DNA of 64,000 nt from Octopus vulgaris (Eukaryota): contig OX597825.1 in the NCBI GenBank assembly GCA_951406725.2, positions 33,604,001 through 33,668,000 on the forward strand, written 5' to 3'. How positions within the stretch are numbered: the first letter of the stretch is position 1; the number at the start of each line of letters is the position of its first letter. A model generated the notes under the pieces. The model saw only the letters and a list, made by a program, of their open reading frames with translations, had not been told where the DNA came from and did no database searches. The translations under genes and the position numbers were made by a program. Below are positions 13,794-25,404 of this stretch, in pieces.

Positions 13794-13928
13794 AATCTTT
13801 ATCCACCAATGTGGTTTTGAGCAGTCATTCTCATTGTGGTTTTGAGCATTCATTCTCAGTGTGTGAGTGTATATATATGTGTATATATTTGCTTGTCTTC
13901 ATTTGTGTAACTGTCTGCTTTATTGTAG

Positions 13929-14033
13929 GAAAATGGTGGTTGCAATGAAGTTGAGTTGAAAGTTTCCTTACCTGATCATTCACTTTGTATTGTCACAATA
14001 CGAAGGACAGATAACACAGAAAAGGTTTATCAG
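13929..14033 (+). CDS. SNX27: SNX27 exon, start of FERM F1/RA (ENGGCNEVELKVSLPDHSLCIVTIRRTDNTEKVYQ)
   Basis: tgtag acceptor, gtgagt donor, 105 nt, phase 0/0; matches VELRVALPDG...TDQVYQ. Confidence 0.94.
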
Positions 14034-15115
14034 GTGAGTGGTTTCTAATTCCTCTCTTCTTTCTGACCAGTATAATAACCAAAATTTGCCATAGTAGAAT
14101 AAATTATTTTGCCATAAACAAAGAAGAAATGTCTAACATTTCATACAAAATCTTTCATCTCAGAATCTGCCTGAAACCTTAGATGTCTTCTTTAGAGCAA
14201 AATAATTCCACTTTGACATTTTTCCAATCTACTAAGTGCTGATGCTGATCATTTGTCCTTTCCTCGTGCTGCTTCACAGTTGTAACATTTCTTTTAGCTA
14301 GTCTCTTGAGTCCAGAAAAGATGATTCTACAGTTTTTTATTGAACAACCTGAACAGGATTTGTTTATGGTGATCAAATGTTTGTACTGTTCTTTAAGTCA
14401 TTCTTATCCATCAAATTGACACTAACTGTACAAGTGCAATGTACCATATATCAGATAACAGTGATTGCAAATTAATGTGAAATGGAGTGTTTTGCTTAAG
14501 AAAACAATGCACCACTTGAGTTAGGAGTTGAAACTACAATCTCACAATCACGAGTGCAACATCCTAACCACTAGGCTATGTGCGCAATATCTTTGGTAGA
14601 AACATTGCCAGATTAGACTGGAGCCTGGTGCAGCCTTCTGGCTCCCAGAACCCCGGTCGAACTGTCCAACCCATGCTAGCATGGAGAACGGACGTTAAAC
14701 GATGATGATGATGATTGTAATTACAGCTAAAATCGATAATGACATTGGGATGCAATAATTTGCATATTTTCAGTTTATAACATTTTAATTCCATAATACT
14801 ATAAACACCAAGACTGAAACAGACCTGACAAAAGATGATGGAAGAGGAAATGAGAGCAAGGAAAGTTATTGAGAGGATAAATAAAGGATAAGGCAAGGTG
14901 AAGAAGACTGTCCTGGCACACACTAGCCTAACCCCTGCTCTAGCAAAGGAAATGTCCTTAAAATGCTTGTGTTGTTTGTGTTTATATATATATATATTAT
15001 GTAGAGAAATAAATAGATATGTATGTATATATGTATATAGATATATGTATGTAATGTGTGTGTATGTACATACACACACATATATATATATACATGCATG
15101 TGTATGTATGTATGT

Positions 15116-15478
15116 GGAGGTGTAATGGTCCAGTGGTTAGGGGAGCGGATTCGCGGTCGTAGGATCGTAGCTTCGATTTCCTGACCGAGTATTGTGAGTG
15201 TTTATTGAGCAAAAACATCTAAAGCTCCACGAGGCTCCAGCAGGGGCTGGTGATGAACCCTGCTGCACTCTTTCACCACAACTTTCTCTCACTCTTTCTT
15301 TCTGTTTCTGTTGTACCTGTATTTCAAAGGGCCAGCCTTGTCACACTCTATGTCACGCTGAATCTCCCTGAGAACTACATTGAGGGTCCACGTGTCTGTG
15401 AAGTGCTCAGCCAGTTGCACGTTAATTTCAAGAGCAGGCTGTTCCGCTGATCCGATAAACTGGAACCCTCGTCGTTGG
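15116..15478 (+). mobile_element. tRNA-derived SINE family F
   Basis: tRNA-like head tggtccagtggttaggg...ttcgatttcc in CpG-rich, young-looking sequence. Older relatives at about 14440-14575(-), 40625-40830 and 62670-62930. Confidence 0.75.
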
Positions 15479-15864
15479 TGTACCTCTAAGGGCGTACTAG
15501 TGTAAAACTGTATCGAGGTGCATTCCTGTATTTTAAAAGTTAACATAACTATTCGATAAATAGGTGTCAGTAAATAGTTTGATAGGAGTGACTAAAACCC
15601 CTCCAGTGAGTGCCCTAGCTTGGCCACAGTCTGATGTCTGAAAACTAGCTCCTCTGTAGTAGGCCGTATTTGTAATGTTGATGCTCCTCAAACGTCTCTG
15701 TTATGTTGCTGTGTGCAAAGTTAAGGGAGATAATCGTGGTGTATATTATTTACTAATTAAAATATGACACTATTTAGAATAGAATCGCTGTTTTTCAGTT
15801 AATTTTATTTTAATTTTCTTCGGTTTCTCTGAACAATGACTAATGCATTTCATTTTCCTTACAG

Positions 15865-15943
15865 GCTGTATGCAACAAATTACAGATTGATAATACATCA
15901 TCCAAGTTTTTTTATCTTTTTGAAACGGTGGACTATAATTTTG
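15865..15943 (+). CDS. SNX27: SNX27 exon (AVCNKLQIDNTSSKFFYLFETVDYNF)
   Basis: ttacag acceptor, gtgaga donor, 79 nt, phase 0/1; matches AIAAKVGMD...YFALFE...F. Confidence 0.92.
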
Positions 15944-16021
15944 GTGAGATATCATATTTAAGTTCCTTTCTCAACCTGATTGTGTTTCTTTCTGTCTTTT
16001 GTTTTTCCTGTTTTAGAATTA

Positions 16022-17003
16022 CCATAAATCCTCGAGTATAGTCCGCACTTGAGTATAATACGCACCTAAACCGTGTGTATAATACGCACCCCTTCTCTAA
16101 CTTGAGTCAAGGAGGTCTATATAACGTCCTTGGTTTGTAAAAATGTATACGGTAACGTCCTTTATTATTATCTATATATATAAAACTGTAGTTGTGTGAG
16201 TGTCTGTCCCCTTCGATTTAGATTCCTAACTACTCCCACATTTTGCGGTGCAGTTTAACCAAATTCGGGTATCTTATAGTCGTGATTCATATCGAGCCCG
16301 TCTGAGTATTAGCGCGCGTCTACGATGAGTCTACGATTTTAAAAATAATTTAACATCATTTTTTATTCCATTTTAATGCATAATTTTTCGTGTGTCGATG
16401 GCGGCGGAGTTGGCGTCCATGGTCACACCTGCACCTGTTTGCTTCTCCCCTTCTTCCCTCCCTCGTGAAGCTGTGGGGAAAGGAGTGTAAGGAAATTAAC
16501 GTCGTAAAGCGTTGTCAAGGAGATCAGCGTTCTTTTAGAACAACGACTTCATGGCTTGAAGACACCAAAACAGAAATGGCTAAGAAAGCCCGAATTGGCA
16601 TCTATAAGGGAAGTAACTCTCTAAAAATGCTTATATAGTTATTTCCTTTACAAACCCGAGCAACGCCGGGCGATACTGCTAGTTGTATATATAACATAAT
16701 GCAAATGTGTAGCTTTTTTGTGCATTTTGTTTGCAGAAAATAAAGAAATAACAGTAATAACGTTTAATAAATGTTGCTTGCTGCAAGTTATGGATGATTC
16801 TTTTATGACTTCATTGCTTTCAGGCTTAGCTTAAGGTATTTTCACAAAATACGTCTGAATAAACATTGCCGAACAGCAAATAGAGACTCGGACATTGCTT
16901 AGAAAAAATATCTTTCATTTTTAACCTCGTATATAGTACGCACTAGGGATTTTGACCTTTAAATTTTGGGGAAAAAATGCGGATTATACTCGAGGATTTA
17001 CAG
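16022..17003. mobile_element. Non-autonomous Tc1/mariner-superfamily (Tc2/pogo-like) element with TA TSD
   Basis: TA-ccataaatcctcgagtatagtccgca ... tgcggattatactcgaggatttacag-TA: about 26-bp TIRs with 3 mismatches. Confidence 0.9.
16171..16682 (+). mobile_element. Non-autonomous Helitron nested in the TIR element
   Basis: 5' A|TC(tatatatataaaa), 3' CTAG|T, GC-rich hairpin cccgagcaacgccggg just upstream of CTAG, no TSD. Confidence 0.92.
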
Positions 17004-17619
17004 TATGTTCTTTGAACACAAGTTGCAAATGTGATTAAAATATGACTAAGTGCCATATCTTAAATTCTTCAAGTTAATTAATCTATTAAATTAGAGCTAA
17101 AAGTTTAAGGTGTGAAATAAGATAATCGCTGTAAAGAAGAGTAGAGATTTGATGTTTCTAGTGGAGATTTTCATTGGATTCTATTGTTTCATCATCATCG
17201 TCATCATTTACTGCCCATTTTCCATGTTGTTATGAGTTGGATACTTTGACAGAAAGCCACATTGAGTTCCATTGTCATCTTTGGCAGGATTTCTACAGCT
17301 GGATGCCCTTCTTATGCCAACCACTTAACAGTGTACACTGGGTGCTTTTTCCATGCCTCCTACACTTGTGAGGTTGCCATGTAACTTGCAAGACTGAAAA
17401 AATGACAGAAAAGGGAAAAAGCTATCATTACTAAGAGGGGAAGGGGGGGAGGTAGATTTATGCCCTGTATTAAAAGGATAGAGGGATTCACACAGTTGTC
17501 TTGCTGTACAAGAGATGTGTTTGTGGTTCCATTAGTAATGGTTCTGATGAGTAATTATTATTTTTTTAAACTTCTTATTCCTATTATTGCATTTTAAATT
17601 GTTTGAAACTGGATTTTTA

Positions 17620-17841
17620 CCCTTTTGATACCAACCCAGCCAAAACCACCTTTTGCTCTGTAGTACAAATGTCTTGTTTTCATAAGTATTGAATTGAAAT
17701 CTTCTACCAAACCTTAATCACACTTTATGTTCCTGACACTAGCTTAATGATAACTAAGTTCTTTTACTAAATTCTTTGTTATATTTAAAATTAATTGAAT
17801 GAAACACAGAGCATCTCAAAATAAATACGGTAACGAAAGAG
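17620..17841 (+). mobile_element. piggyBac-like MITE family 1
   Basis: Colinear with 48533-48752; cccttttgatacc / ggtaacgaaagag ends with TTAA on the right. Confidence 0.85.
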
Positions 17842-19133
17842 TTAAAGCTTTTTTGTTTTATGCTACATGCTAGTAGATAAGGATCACTCCTTACCACAGT
17901 CTAATACTGAAATCTCTCTTCTTGATGACATGTATTTTGACATGATTTCATGTCCAAAGCCATTTTTTAGGGCATAGTTGAAGAATGGTAAATCAGCAAT
18001 TGACAAAGGAAATCCTGGTTTGATATTATCAAGAATAAAAGAGGTCTAAGGCCTTTTGTGCGTGTAAAAGTGAACAGAGACTTATAGTAATTGCTGATTG
18101 CTAGATCTTTGGGAATAGCAAACAGTCAGCCAGCTGTGCCAGTCACAGGAAGGTGGTGATGAGATTTTTATGGTCAAGCTCATTAACAATTAATAGTATT
18201 TCAGCTCCAGAATATCATATGGTCATAAACAAATCCTTTCTAATATTAAGTTTCATAGTAAAATCTCAGTTGTAATATTAAATTTAAATTCTGCCAAAGT
18301 TGCCTTTGTCTTTCAATCCTTATGTTTCCAGTTACATTATTTTACCTGTTTAGCATTTAAACTGGTCGTATCCAGCCAAAATAATTTATGTTCAAACTGG
18401 CCAGATCCAACATTTCATGCCTATCCAGCAATGTCATTGCATAAGTAAACAACTACATCATTGAAATTTCAAAGCCACAAGATAATTTGTGATTAATTCA
18501 AAACAATGTATATAAATAAGTTTTACATTTGACGGAATAAAGAGAAATTACCAAGCACTAGATTATACTTGGCTTATTAAAAGTGTGGGTTGTCAGTAGG
18601 TGTTCAATTGATCATAATCAAATATCATAAGTCTGAGATATTTTATTGATGGCTAGCCTATGACAGAACCTCTGTGTGGTCATTCAACCTTCTAGAATTA
18701 GCAACCAAATCTCCCTCAAATCAAACCTCCACCATCTCAAGCAATCCCTTGTATTTCAGGAATCACCAATAAGTAATTTACTGAAAGTATATCAAGATAC
18801 AGAAATTGTCAATAGGCTTCTTTTTTAAATTTTTTTTTTTTTTTTTTTTTGATATTCAATTTGAAAATATAAATTTTCAAGATATTTTTGCAGCAAAAGT
18901 GATATGCTCAGACATTAATTAAAGCACATAAAGGGTTTAAGAGACATAAGTCTGACCCCCAAAAATTGTGTTGTAAAAATGTCAAAATCTCTTTATATTC
19001 TGCACTCTCTACTTTGAAATGGAATTTTGTATAACTACATTCATGATATCCACAAAATATCTACTGTGAACTTAATAAACTCAGAAATGTGATATATGAA
19101 CTTACCTTCTTTCTATTTCTCATTTCACATTAG

Positions 19134-19294
19134 AACGAAAGTTGCAACCACAAGAATTTCCACACAATATTTATATCCAGAATTACAGTACAGCCACAGC
19201 AACCTGCATAGCACTGAGAAAATGGGTATTCTCCTTAGCACTTGAGATGCAGCTTAGTTATAGTGAATATGTGAGCAACTTGCTCTACTGGCAG
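19134..19294 (+). CDS. SNX27: SNX27 exon (ERKLQPQEFPHNIYIQNYSTATATCIALRKWVF...LLYWQ)
   Basis: tag acceptor after a pyrimidine tract, gtaaaa donor, 161 nt, phase 1/0; matches [20 protein letters not shown]...RKWLF. Confidence 0.96.
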
Positions 19295-19359
19295 GTAAAA
19301 TGGTCTTTATTCATTCATTCTCTGTCTTTTCCTCTTTTGTTCTCATTAATGGAATTTAT

Positions 19360-19776
19360 TCTACTCTTTATTCTCTTTTACTTGTTTCAGTCATTTGACT
19401 GTGGCCATGCTGGAGCACCGCCTTTGGTCGAGCAAATCGACCCCAGGACTTATTCTTTGGAAGCCTAGTACTTATTCTAGCGGTCTCTTTTGCCGAACCG
19501 CTAAGTTATGTGGATGTAAACACACCAGCATTGGTTGACAAGCGATGTTGGGGGGGGGGGGGGGACAAACACAGACACACAACACATACACACATACATA
19601 CATACATACATACAACAGGCTTCTTTCAGTTTCTGTCTACCAAATCCACTCACAAGGCTTTGGTCAGCCTGAGGCTATAGTAAAAGACACTTGTCCAAGG
19701 TGCCATGCAATGGGACTGAACCTGGAACCATGTGGTTTGTAAGCAAGCTACTTACCACACAGTCACTCCTACTGCC
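19360..19776 (-). mobile_element. SINE family A copy, antisense, about 65 nt downstream of an SNX27 donor
   Basis: Full-length reverse complement of 2595-3010. Confidence 0.9.
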
Positions 19777-21052
19777 TTAAATTTTTTAAAAAGTATCTTA
19801 GTTTCATTACAGAGTGCCTTCTGCTATTAAGTTATGATTCTGTTCATTCTGAGTTCAAATCCTATCAAGGCCAACTTTTCCTTACAGCCTTATAGGAGTG
19901 ATAAAACACTCTTATACCTACAAAATACTGTGATTGGTTCAAGTGAGGGCACAATTATTTCCTGCAAATTTTGTGGCCTTGTTTCCATGTTAAATTTTTG
20001 TTTTTCTATGAAGTTTTCAATTTTTTTGTGTGTGTTTTTGTGACCATCTATTGCAGTCATCATCATGATTTAACGTCTGTTTTCTGATGCTGGCATGGGT
20101 TTGACAGTTTGACAGGAGCCATTCAGCTAGAGGACTGTGCCAAACTCCAATGTCTGCAATGCTTATTGTTTGTGTAACCATCTTATCTTCTTTTTGTGAC
20201 TTTTTCACTGATTTTTGTTTCTGTTTCTTTGTCCCTCTCTACCTCTTTTCACCTACCAAATGTTCTTATTTTATCATTACATAATCTGTAATCAGTGATA
20301 CTGAACCCTACTGTACATTTAAGCTGTCCTCGTGTGTGTAATGCATCACTTGTAAACACAGTTGAGAGACAATATGTACTCTTGTTGCAGTCATTAACTA
20401 GAAACATCTTGAGTATTTCAATGATTTTATAAATTTATTGTAAGTAGCCTCCAAAAATGACAGAGGTAATTTCTTTATTTCTGCTTCCTTTCGGTTATTT
20501 GTTTCAAGCCTTGCTCCATTTTGTCTTCTCTTCCATGCTGGTATGGATTGGACAGCTTGAGCAGTGCTGGAGAGCTGTACAAGGTTCCAGCCTGATTGGG
20601 TTTGGTTTCTGTGGCTGAATGCCCTTCCTAATGTCAGCCACTTTACAGAACATGCTGAGTACTTTTTACATTGCACCAGCATGGATGCTTTGTATATGGA
20701 TTGGCGTGGGTGGTTTTGTGTGAACTTGGCATGGGTGCGTTTTATGTGGACCAGCGCGGGTACATTTTGCCTGGACCAGTACGAGTGTTGCTTGAAGACC
20801 CTCTGTACTCACAGGCAAAACTCAGAGTAGCAAGCAGCTAACTTGACCAAACTAAAAATATTATTAATCTCTACTGTGTATAAAGTACTCTTTCATCCAA
20901 CTGTCAATACTAAACAGATATATATATGAGTGTGTGTGTGTGTGTGTGTGATATTCTTTTGGTGAAATTGCCTTCTACATTTTCTCTTATAAATTCTCAC
21001 TTACTTGAAGGATTGCTTATTTATCGATTCATATCTTTACTTTTAAATTCAG

Positions 21053-21142
21053 GCAATAGATGATGTCAGTAGGAGTTTGATAAAAGCTGGTGACCGGTTG
21101 TATGAGTTAAAAGCTTTGCAAGAAGCTGCCAAGGTTAACGAG
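21053..21142 (+). CDS. SNX27: SNX27 exon, FERM F2 (AIDDVSRSLIKAGDRLYELKALQEAAKVNE)
   Basis: ttcag acceptor, gtgagt donor, 90 nt, phase 0/0; matches AVDDVKKGYIKA..KSYQLQKL. Confidence 0.94.
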
Positions 21143-21825
21143 GTGAGTTATTTCTCTTTAATGAATATGAATGTGTGTGTGAGAGAGAGTGTGTACATAT
21201 TTACATATATAAGATACTGGAGAAGTCTCCTATTGCTGTGTTAATTTGTTATTGGGAATCATACAAATCTGTTTGTGAGTGTACTTTTTGTGTGTATGTG
21301 TGTGTTTATGTTTAGAAGTTTGAATGAGATACAGAGCACTCAGTACATGTAATACACAAATACATGTGTTGGCTCTGATTCGTTGCAATAAATCCTAAAT
21401 ATGTTCTGCAAACTCAATATGTACAACATTCACATTTACTTAGATGACTTCTCCATTAGCAATCTTCCTAGTCAAGTTATATTTTCATCGTAATGAAATG
21501 GACAGCTATTTCTAGCATGTCATATTACACATTTTACATCAGTCATGGGTTACCTGTGGCCCACAGTACTTTCTGAATGGCATGACTAATGGAAAATTGC
21601 CTTGAATGTTTTTTTTAGTTATGCAGCCTGACCATATGATAAGCCAGTCTATCATGTAGCCTGCTTCTCAGCAAAGGTTGTCTATGCTTGTTCTACATCT
21701 GTTTCCCTACCCTACTGGTAAGATGAAGCTCTGCTTCAGCCACAGAATCAGTTTGTGGCCTGTATTTTAATAAACATGCTTATTGTTAATCTACTATATT
21801 GTTAGGATTGTTATTTTACTTTCAG

Positions 21826-21975
21826 TATTTGAAGATGGCTCGAAGACTTGACTCTTACGGTGAAATTGTGTTCCCCCATTGTGCCTGTGATTCTCGTAAG
21901 GAAGGTCATGTGATGGCCAGCATTGGAATCCGTGCCTTTCGATTACAAGCATGCAAAGAAGATGGTTCCATTGAA
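21826..21975 (+). CDS. SNX27: SNX27 exon, FERM F3 (YLKMARRLDSYGEIVFPHCACDSRKEGHV...QACKEDGSIE)
   Basis: ttcag acceptor, gtaaat donor, 150 nt; carries the diagnostic FPHCACDSR.GHV motif. Confidence 0.96.
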
Positions 21976-22209
21976 GTAAATGATTTTCTTTTCTAATTGT
22001 TTGATTGTTTATTTGTTTGTTGTTTTTTTTTTCATTTACTTGCTTAATTGCTATATTTTTATTTAGAATTATTATTTACTAAGTTTAAGCAAAGTTTTGT
22101 CAAAGAACAGTAAAGAACTGGAGCATCAGATAGAAAACCTGTATTGTAGTCAACACCAATCAAAGACAACTTAACTTTTCATTCTCTTATAGTCAAGAAA
22201 TAAAGTTTT

Positions 22210-22600
22210 GTTTAAGGGCAGTACTTAAGCTCTTTGCTCCCTATGGAGTGCAGGCCATCAATGACATTTCTCCACTGTTCTTGATTCTGGGCTATCTTCT
22301 GGTGCTCAGATATGGGGTTAAATTTCCAGCTTCCTTTCAGATTTTGCTGCACTGTGTAAGGCCTTCCTCTCCCAGTTCTTGTTGGTTTTGAATTGTCATC
22401 GTTGCTTCCATAACTTTCCATAACTTAGGTGTTGGCCCTAAGCAAACCCATTTTTACTTCTGGGAAGAAGAGTTGAGCCATATTAGTGTGGCCTCTAAAT
22501 TTTGATGTGTTCAGCATGGAAGCTTGCACCCTGCTGAAGCATGAAAACTTGTTCACATGATGTGAATGTAAGATGGAAAATGTATGTGTAAAATACATGT
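22210..22600 (-). mobile_element. Decayed RTE-clade LINE 3' fragment
   Basis: GRGRP...AQNQEQWRNVIDGL..G resembles the RTE ORF C-terminus. Confidence 0.6.
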
Positions 22601-23520
22601 GTATGTAGGTATACACACACACACAGACATTTGCTTAAATGGTTAAATAAATGTATGCTAAATTAACAGAGCACATTCATGTATAAGAATATGCATAGGT
22701 GCACATCCAGTCACAGGCACATACTTGTGCACATGTTCATGCACACATCATTTAATATCCATATGCCATGCTGGTATGGGTTGGACAGTTCAACAGGATT
22801 TGATGAATCAGAGATCTACAATGGGATCCAGGGTAAATTTGTTATGGTTTATGAGGCCTAATGCCCTTCCTAATGCATGCTTTTTTTTTTGTGTGTCACC
22901 AGCACTAGTGAGGTCAGCAAGATAAGACCCCCCATCCATGATAGAATGGATGGGATGCAGTATTGAAGAAAGTAGATTTATGTCAGATGTTTATGTGTCT
23001 CTTGCTGTAGAGGAGACACAGGCTACTCCAACAGGAAAGAGAGCAAAGAAGGTACATAATATGTATTTAAACATATGTGCATATGTTCCCATACACATGC
23101 ACTCACACATCCATGCATGTATACACACATATACAAAACGGGCATTCGGCCTAATAACAACATTTATGAGTTTATTCAAAATAGTAAGGTACTTTTAATT
23201 ATTTATGTGCAGACAACATTTTAATTAAATGATCTCTAGTTTGCCAACACACCTGTCCATACACCAGAAACACTACAACAATCACTGGTTCCCTGTAACA
23301 TTGGCAAATCACACAAAACTTCAGCTGTGTGTTCCACAAGTAAACTTTATAGTACCTTCCATGTTGGTGAAATTAGTGGGTTACCTAGGTGATTACTTAT
23401 GTGGTTGCCTTCATAATGTCCTTAATACTTTGTTAACCACCTCTTGGTATCTGGTATTTCAGTAAAAGCTTTTTCATACTGCTGATTGTTCAAATGATTG
23501 AAGAGAAGATTTTTGTTTAA

Positions 23521-23736
23521 CCCATCAGCATCCAAGCCAGCCACACCTGGCCCAAATATTCTGTTTTATGTTCAAACTGACTTGATCCAGCCTTTAAAAC
23601 CTACCCTGCAACGTCATTCTAAAAATGAACAATTGCATCCTTGAAATCTCAAAGATACAAGATAATGCAGGATTAATTCAAAACAATTTGAATGAATAAA
23701 CATTGCATTTGACTGAATTATCTGAATGCTAAAGGA
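23521..23736 (+). mobile_element. piggyBac-like MITE family 2 with TTAA TSD
   Basis: TTAA-cccatcagcat...atgctaaagga-TTAA; relatives at 5494-5696(-), 18345-18540(+) and 51207-51426(-). Confidence 0.82.
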
Positions 23737-23977
23737 TTAATCATTTGAGCAAATATTTGTTTATGTAAACTCCTTTCAATAGAGATTAAACAAATTTATT
23801 CTGAGAAGAACAGTTAAATTTCTTAGTTCTCTCTACATTTAAAATCTTCAAACAAACATTGTTATTTAGTTGTCTGCAAATGTTTTTCTTCTTTTTCATC
23901 CAATTTTGTATTTTAATTTTCATAGTTTTAATTTCAATATTCATTTCTGTTTTCTTCTTTTTCTTCTTCCTATCCAG

Positions 23978-24106
23978 CCTCAAGTTGTAGAAATAAAATG
24001 GTCTGATATAAAAAACTATGACATAGATGATGAAACCATGTCGTTTATATTTGAATATTTCCGGCCAAGCAGGAAGTCTAGACTAGTTCGAATTTATTCA
24101 ACTTAT
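23978..24106 (+). CDS. SNX27: SNX27 exon, FERM F3 (PQVVEIKWSDIKNYDIDDETMSFIFEYFRPSRKSRLVRIYSTY)
   Basis: Long pyrimidine tract plus ccag acceptor, gtaagt donor, 129 nt; matches QVIAFEW...MAFCFEYAR..KKPRWVKIFTPY. Confidence 0.95.
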
Positions 24107-24439
24107 GTAAGTGATAATTTCTTTTCTCTCTCTCATTTTTTTATGAAGTGCAGCAGTTCCCATTCTTGTAGATGGTTGGGGAGGAGATAAGAATGTCGGC
24201 AAAGGAATATACTTTGATATATTACTAATACTTATTTTTATCAATTATGGTAAAAATGATAAATAAATGATGTACTGCATGTCACCATCTTTTGTGTGTG
24301 CCTTTTACATTATTAGCCTTATATTGAATGATATCATGTGAGTGGAGGGATGGTTTCATTCAAGGAAATACTGGTTCAATATCTAGTATTTTGGGGGAAT
24401 CAGTTTCCTTAAAATAATTGGTGTATATATATATATATG

Positions 24440-24802
24440 AGAACCATCCTAACGTGGCCGTTGCCAGCGCTGCCCCGACCGGCCTCCGTGCCAGTGGCAC
24501 GTAAAAAGCACCATCCGATTGTGGCCATTGCCAGCCACATCTGGCCTCCGTGCCGGTGGCACATAAAAAGCACCATCCGATCGTGGCTGTTTGCCAGCCT
24601 CGTCTGGCACCTGTGCAGGTGGCACGTAAAAAGCACCCACTACAATCATGGAGTGGTTGGCGTTAGGAAGGGCATCCAGCTGTAGAAACACTGCCAGATC
24701 AGACTGGGCCTGGTGCAGCCTTCTGGCTTCCCAGACCCCAGTTGAACCGTCCAACCCATGCTAGCATGGAAAATGGACGTTAAACGATGATGATGACGAT
24801 GA
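24440..24802 (+). mobile_element. RTE 3' UTR fragment (family C) with three ~61-bp sub-repeats
   Basis: gtggcac(g/a)taaaaagcacc occurs three times, followed by the family C tail and (GAT)n. Confidence 0.88.
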
Positions 24803-24829
24803 TATATATATATATGAAACAGATCAACT

Positions 24830-25140
24830 GGAGAAAGTTCAGAGAACGTTACCTTTGTTAGTAAAAAAGAAGTATTCTCTCTCAGAGTGAAAGGTAGATT
24901 GTGTAATGCTTGTGTATAAATGTTGCATGATAGTGAAATGTGAGCTGTGAATGCATAGAACATGCAAATACTAGAAAGAAATGAAGTTAGCATGCTCTGC
25001 TGGATGTATGCATATATGATAAATTTCAAATGTGGATGGATTCTGTGAAAGCAGATGACCCAGAAAGACATGGGATTAAGTAATGAAGAGGCCTCAGGTT
25101 GTTGAACCTTATGGGGGAGAGGCAGAGGATAAGACAGGGT
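24830..25140 (+). mobile_element. Older, decayed copy of the same RTE coding segment
   Basis: ctctctcagagtgaaaggtagattgtgtaatgcttgtgta...aatgaagttagcatgctc parallels 25470-25610. Confidence 0.75.
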
Positions 25141-25404
25141 TATTACAGCTGGAAAATCTTTTGCAATAAGCTTATTCCACCAGAGCTGACCTGGAAATAA
25201 ACTGCATTTTAGAAACATGCATGGTGGGGTTTAAGTCAAAATTGGTATGTCCTGAGACAAAATACCTTGTGTTAATCTGGTTACATCCCTTTATGTTCTG
25301 AGTTCAAATCTCACTGAGGTCTGCTTTACTTGAAGGTGATGCCAATATGGCTGCTATCAGTACGAATATATAGTCATCAATAATGTATGTAATTAATGAT
25401 ATGT

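Noticed and set aside
15116-15190. Possible tRNA gene
   Set aside because: No complete cloverleaf; it continues into a SINE body that has relatives elsewhere in the window.
19295-19468. ORF extension beyond the SNX27 exon at 19134-19294
   Set aside because: Homology stops at the gtaaaa donor; the extension runs through intron into an antisense SINE.
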